From contig JALHMH010000009.1 of assembly GCA_022844165.1 (NCBI GenBank), positions 32,001 to 96,000 of the forward strand: 64,000 bases of DNA. Reading direction: 5' to 3'. Of this stretch, positions 59,872-64,000 are shown one piece after another. The DNA comes from Lysobacterales bacterium. GTDB taxonomy: Bacteria > Pseudomonadota > Gammaproteobacteria > Xanthomonadales > SZUA-5. The notes under the pieces are model-generated. The model was not told where the DNA came from. It saw nothing but the letters and a program-made list of their open reading frames with translations, and searched no databases. Both the position numbers and the translations under genes were made by a program. The first letter of the stretch is position 1. Every line of letters begins with the position of its first letter.

Positions 59872-60480
59872 GTGAACAAGCTCGTTCGTGTGACCTTGAT
59901 CCTGACGGCATTGCTGCTTGCGGCCTGCGGTTCAACCTCAAAGATGAAACCTTCGCCGAGCGGTGAATCCGGTCGCACGGCAGACAAAGCCGCGATTTCC
60001 GCGGACTTTGCGCGATTCAATAAAGTGATCGTTCGCGATTTCGAAAATGCCGTTGTGGTAACAACCAAGAATGCTGCCAAACGTGAAGTCGAACTGAGCC
60101 AGGCAACGGCCGCGGGCCGCCGCTTTGCCGACCAGATCGCGGAGGGCCTGAAGGGCAACCCAGCATTCGCCAGCGTAGAACGTACCGGGACACCGGACGC
60201 GGAAACACTGGTCATCAGCGGGAAGGTCACGAAGTACAAGCGTGGCAATGCCGCTCTGCGTCTGATGGTCGGCTTCGGCGCAGGCAGTGCGAACTTCGAT
60301 GCGCGCGTGGCATTCATCGATGGCGCAAATAACGGCGAAATCTCTACGATTACCGTGGACAAGAACAGTTGGTTCCTGGGCGGAATCCTGGCCGCGACGC
60401 AGACCGTGGATGACTTCCTCGACAGTGCGGCCAGCAAAGTCGCTGAGGAAACGGTGCGCGCCAAGGCTGGGGACAAGTAA
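59872..60480 (+). CDS. Lipoprotein (DUF4410-like)
   Basis: Lipobox LLAAC; GNAALRLMVGFGAG motif; GTG start. Confidence 0.8.
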   Translation: MNKLVRVTLILTALLLAACGSTSKMKPSPSGESGRTADKAAISADFARFNKVIVRDFENAVVVTTKNAAKREVELSQATAAGRRFADQIAEGLKGNPAFASVERTGTPDAETLVISGKVTKYKRGNAALRLMVGFGAGSANFDARVAFIDGANNGEISTITVDKNSWFLGGILAATQTVDDFLDSAASKVAEETVRAKAGDK

Positions 60481-60510
60481 TGCGAGCGCGGTCCGGCTAA
60501 ACTCTTCAGG

Positions 60511-62211
60511 ATGGCCGGCCGCATTCCAGATTCCTTCGTCGATGAACTCTTACAGCGGGTCGACATCGTCGACATCGTCAACGCGAGAGTCCCGCTCAAG
60601 CGCGCCGGTAAAGAGTACCAGGCACGTTGTCCATTCCACGACGAACGAACACCGTCGTTCACCGTCGTGCCGCAAAAACAGTTCTTTCACTGCTTCGGCT
60701 GCGGCGCGCATGGCTCGGCCATCAAGTTCGTCATGGACTACGATGGCCTGAGTTTCCCCGACGCGATCGAGACCCTGGCCGCACATGTCGGCATGCACGT
60801 TCCGCGGGACCAGACGCATCGCGACGAACAGGATTCGCTGGCTCCACTGTATGCCGTCATCGCCGAGGCCAACCAGTGGTTCAGGGCTCAGCTCGCCAAA
60901 CACCCGCGAGCGCTGAGCTACTTCGAACGTCGCGGTGTCAGCGCAGCCATGAGCGAACGCTTCGAACTGGGATATGCGCCGGATCGTTGGGATGGGCTGC
61001 TGAATGCTCTTGGACCGGTGCGACGCGACGAGATGTCCGCAGCCGGATTGCTGTCGGTGAAAGACGACGGTCATGCCTACGACAAATTTCGCGACCGCGT
61101 GATGTTCCCGATTCACGATCGCCGCGGCAGGCCGATGGCATTTGGCGGGCGAATTCTCGAACAGGGCGAGCCGAAGTATTTGAATTCGCCGGAGACCCCG
61201 TTGTTCCACAAGGGCCGCGAACTCTACGGCCTGTCTTTGGCGCGCCCGGCAGCACAGAAGTCCGGGAGGCTGGTGGTCGTAGAGGGTTACATGGATGTGG
61301 TATCGCTGGCGCAGCATGGTGTCGAGGAAGTCGTCGCCACACTTGGAACAGCGACCACCAAAGACCACGCCGAACTGCTCTATCGCAATGTTGAGGGTGT
61401 GGTGTTCTGCTTCGACGGCGATCGCGCTGGCGTGGCCGCCGCATGGCGTGCACTGGAGTCGACGCTGCCGCGTTTGAAGGATGGCCGGCAAGCGCATTTC
61501 TTGTTTCTGCCGGATGGAGAGGACCCGGACACGATCGTACGCAAGGAAGGCGCGGGTGGCTTTCGTGCGCGGCTCGATCGAGCGCAACCATTGTCGGACT
61601 ACTTGTTCGCCACACTCGAAAGCGACATCGACATGACCACGATCGATGGTCGTGCGCGACTGACCGCACGGGCGCGGCCACTGATCGACAGTATGCCCGA
61701 TGGCGCATTTCGCGACTTGATGCGCCAGGCGCTGGCAGATCGCAGTGGCGCACGACGAGTCACGGTGGCAAACGAGCCTGCGCCGGTGCGCAAACCGCGC
61801 CCGGCCGGCGCGCCGCGCACACTGGTCAGGCAGGCGCTGGCACTGCTGCTTGCCAAACCACAATTGGCGCTCGAAATCGAACTACCGAGCGGCTTCGAAC
61901 GCGTCGACAAACCGGGTAGCGAAGTGCTCCGTGAGCTGATGCAACTGACGCGCGACAGGCCGCTCGCCAGCGCCACTGAACTGATCGAGCACTTTGAAGG
62001 CAGCACCCGCGATGCCCTGATCAAACTCTCGATCTCCGAAGTGCCGGGCGATGAAACAGCATGGCGCGAGGACCTGATGAGTGCGCTGATCAAACTCATT
62101 GAGCAAAGCGACGCCGACCGGCGGCAAGCGCTCAGCGAAAAACTACGCAGCGGTGCGCTGGATGAAGCGGAGAAGGCAGAATTGCGTGTGTTGCTGGCGA
62201 GGAAGAACTGA
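60511..62211 (+). CDS. dnaG: DNA primase
   Basis: CPFHDERTPSF..HCFGCG zinc finger, KYLNSPET, VEGYMDV and FDGDRAG. Confidence 0.98.
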   Translation: MAGRIPDSFVDELLQRVDIVDIVNARVPLKRAGKEYQARCPFHDERTPSFTVVPQKQFFHCFGCGAHGSAIKFVMDYDGLSFPDAIETLAAHVGMHVPRDQTHRDEQDSLAPLYAVIAEANQWFRAQLAKHPRALSYFERRGVSAAMSERFELGYAPDRWDGLLNALGPVRRDEMSAAGLLSVKDDGHAYDKFRDRVMFPIHDRRGRPMAFGGRILEQGEPKYLNSPETPLFHKGRELYGLSLARPAAQKSGRLVVVEGYMDVVSLAQHGVEEVVATLGTATTKDHAELLYRNVEGVVFCFDGDRAGVAAAWRALESTLPRLKDGRQAHFLFLPDGEDPDTIVRKEGAGGFRARLDRAQPLSDYLFATLESDIDMTTIDGRARLTARARPLIDSMPDGAFRDLMRQALADRSGARRVTVANEPAPVRKPRPAGAPRTLVRQALALLLAKPQLALEIELPSGFERVDKPGSEVLRELMQLTRDRPLASATELIEHFEGSTRDALIKLSISEVPGDETAWREDLMSALIKLIEQSDADRRQALSEKLRSGALDEAEKAELRVLLARKN

Positions 62212-62345
62212 GAAGGAACTGAAGCGGGGACACGGGCTGCGAGTGGCGGGATAAAATGGCCCGTCGCAGATTTCCAAGGCGCACGGGGCAACGAGATTCT
62301 CACGTGCCTTGTGCCCCAACACCCCCGTGCCAGACGAGACCCACC

Positions 62346-62966
62346 ATGGCAAAACTCTACTTTTACTACTCGGCGATGAACGCCGGAAAGACCACGGTGC
62401 TACTGCAAAGCGCGCACAACTATCACGAACGCGGCATGCGCACGCTGATTTATACGCCGCGTATCGACAACCGTTACGGCGAGGGCTTGGTTCAGTCGCG
62501 GATTGGCCTGAAAGCCAGGGCGCGCGCCTTCGAGCGCAGCGAGGATTTGTTCCTGGCCACCACAGCCGATATCGACGCCAACGGTGCGCTCCATTGCGTG
62601 CTCGTCGATGAGGCGCAGTTCCTCAGCAAATCGCAGGTCTGGCAGCTCAGCGACATCGTCGATCATTTGAATGTACCGGTGCTGGCCTATGGCCTGCGCA
62701 CCGACTTCCAGGGCGAGCTGTTCGAAGGCTCGAAGTACCTGCTTGCATGGTCCGACTCGATGAGCGAGATCAAGACCATTTGCCACACCGGGCGTAAAGC
62801 AACGATGGTGGTCCGCGTTGATGAGCAGGGCCGTGCGATAACGCAGGGCGCACAAGTAGAAATCGGCGGCAACGAGCGCTACGTCTCGGTGTCGCGCGCC
62901 GAGTTCAAGCGCATTTTCGATGGTGACGGCGCGCTGCCGCTGAAACAGGGGACGTTGTTTTCGTGA
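62346..62966 (+). CDS. tdk: Thymidine kinase
   Basis: [23 protein letters not shown] and YGLRTDF. Confidence 0.96.
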   Translation: MAKLYFYYSAMNAGKTTVLLQSAHNYHERGMRTLIYTPRIDNRYGEGLVQSRIGLKARARAFERSEDLFLATTADIDANGALHCVLVDEAQFLSKSQVWQLSDIVDHLNVPVLAYGLRTDFQGELFEGSKYLLAWSDSMSEIKTICHTGRKATMVVRVDEQGRAITQGAQVEIGGNERYVSVSRAEFKRIFDGDGALPLKQGTLFS

Positions 62967-63000
62967 GCTACGCCTTATCTACCTCTTGCCTCGCGAAGAT

Positions 63001-63459
63001 TCATCGGCGTTCGGACAACTCGCGTAGCATCCGAGTAATGGATTGAACTACGAGTGCCCGGAATCGATTCCCTGCGGACGTCAGGTTGTGGCGGACGTTG
63101 GCTCCAGTGTCGTCTGGATTCAATATGTCCAGCAACCCCGCCTCACTCAATTTCTGTATCCGGTGTCTAAAGATTTCTGTTGGGAGCGGGGTCTCGTAGT
63201 TAAAACCCTCATGTTCGGTAAAAGAGACCAGCAAAAAAAGTTCTAGTTCCTCATTCGTCAACGAAGAAATGTTCTGAAGTTGTTCATGGGTTAGGCGCTG
63301 ATCGCGCACCTCCTCCTCAAACTGAACTTCGACAGAGCCAGCTTTCGCACCTCGAATCCTGAGGAGCATTCTTCTCAGCGGCGATCCGAACAGGACAAAC
63401 CCTATGATTGCAACGAGTGGCCATGAGCCATGCTCGATGAATGACTGCACAATTTCCAT
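63001..63459 (-). CDS. Low-GC hypothetical membrane-anchored protein
   Basis: GGGGAA SD-like element; N-terminal TM (WPLVAIIGFVLFG); AT-richer than the flanks. Confidence 0.7.
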   Translation of the reverse strand: MEIVQSFIEHGSWPLVAIIGFVLFGSPLRRMLLRIRGAKAGSVEVQFEEEVRDQRLTHEQLQNISSLTNEELELFLLVSFTEHEGFNYETPLPTEIFRHRIQKLSEAGLLDILNPDDTGANVRHNLTSAGNRFRALVVQSITRMLRELSERR

Positions 63460-63533
63460 GTTTATTCCCCCAGTCTTTCGTAACAAGCTTAGACCAATGC
63501 GGCAATCAAGTCTCGTTGAATTGCCTTTCTAGC

Positions 63534-64000
63534 ATGCCCACTCACCGCGATCTACGTGAGCGCATTGCGCGTGCCTCTGCGCACGACTTTCCGCGCCTGT
63601 ATGCGCTGTGGAAGGCGTTGCCGCAGGACGCGTCAGAGGCCCCGCGCGTGGCGGCGCTGGTTCGGCTGCTGGAAACCTCCGAAGCGCTCGTGGCCGCGCG
63701 GGCGGCGAGTGTGCCGAAGCTGGTGATCCCCGAAGAGTTGCCGATCGCGGCGCACGCGCAGGCTCTGGTGGCGGCGATTGAAGAACATCCGGTCGTGATC
63801 GTGGCTGGCGCCACCGGTTCGGGCAAGACCACGCAGCTGCCTAAGCTCGCGCTGCTGGCAGGTCGCGGCAGGCGCGGTGTGATCGGCTGCACGCAACCGC
63901 GGCGCATTGCGGCGCGCAGCATCGCGCGGCGTGTGGCCGAAGAGACCGGCACCACGCTCGGCGACAAAGTTGGATTTGCCGTGCGCTTTCAGGACCAGGT
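63534..64000 (+). CDS. hrpA: ATP-dependent RNA helicase HrpA, 3'-truncated by the window
   Basis: Manual translation gives EELPIAAH..GATGSGKTTQLPKL..IGCTQPRRIAARS..VGFAVRF. Confidence 0.93.
   Translation, partial: MPTHRDLRERIARASAHDFPRLYALWKALPQDASEAPRVAALVRLLETSEALVAARAASVPKLVIPEELPIAAHAQALVAAIEEHPVVIVAGATGSGKTTQLPKLALLAGRGRRGVIGCTQPRRIAARSIARRVAEETGTTLGDKVGFAVRFQDQ

Overview
High-GC gammaproteobacterial chromosome segment. Gene order and protein style suggest Xanthomonadales/Lysobacterales (inference, not a database result). The housekeeping backbone is lepA-lepB-DUF4845-rnc-era-recO, dps, leuA-leuC-leuD, murU, holC, ygfZ/DUF1674/sdhCDAB, tRNA-Val-thrS-infC-rpmI-rplT-pheS, purL/dsbC, speE, bioH, truC, dnaG, tdk and hrpA. 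Interleaved with it is an accessory secretome and signalling region (about 11.6-25 kb, plus 29.4, 31.9 and 42.7-45 kb) with two ECF43-like sigma factors, three membrane Hanks-type Ser/Thr kinases, a large lysyl-endopeptidase-family protease and several unrelated secreted proteins. Main observations: (1) three unrelated signal-peptide proteins end in a shared [DN]GFE C-terminal tag, and one is translationally coupled to a kinase, suggesting a sorting signal linked to kinase/ECF signalling; (2) an unannotated Thr-rich leader peptide with full attenuator geometry precedes thrS; (3) a Leu leader/attenuator precedes leuA; (4) two families of CTAG-bounded, hairpin-rich miniature repeats sit on TAG stop codons; (5) many normally conserved operons are broken (pheS without pheT, leuCD without leuB and others); (6) infC probably starts at ATA. 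All calls come from reading the sequence and motifs by eye.
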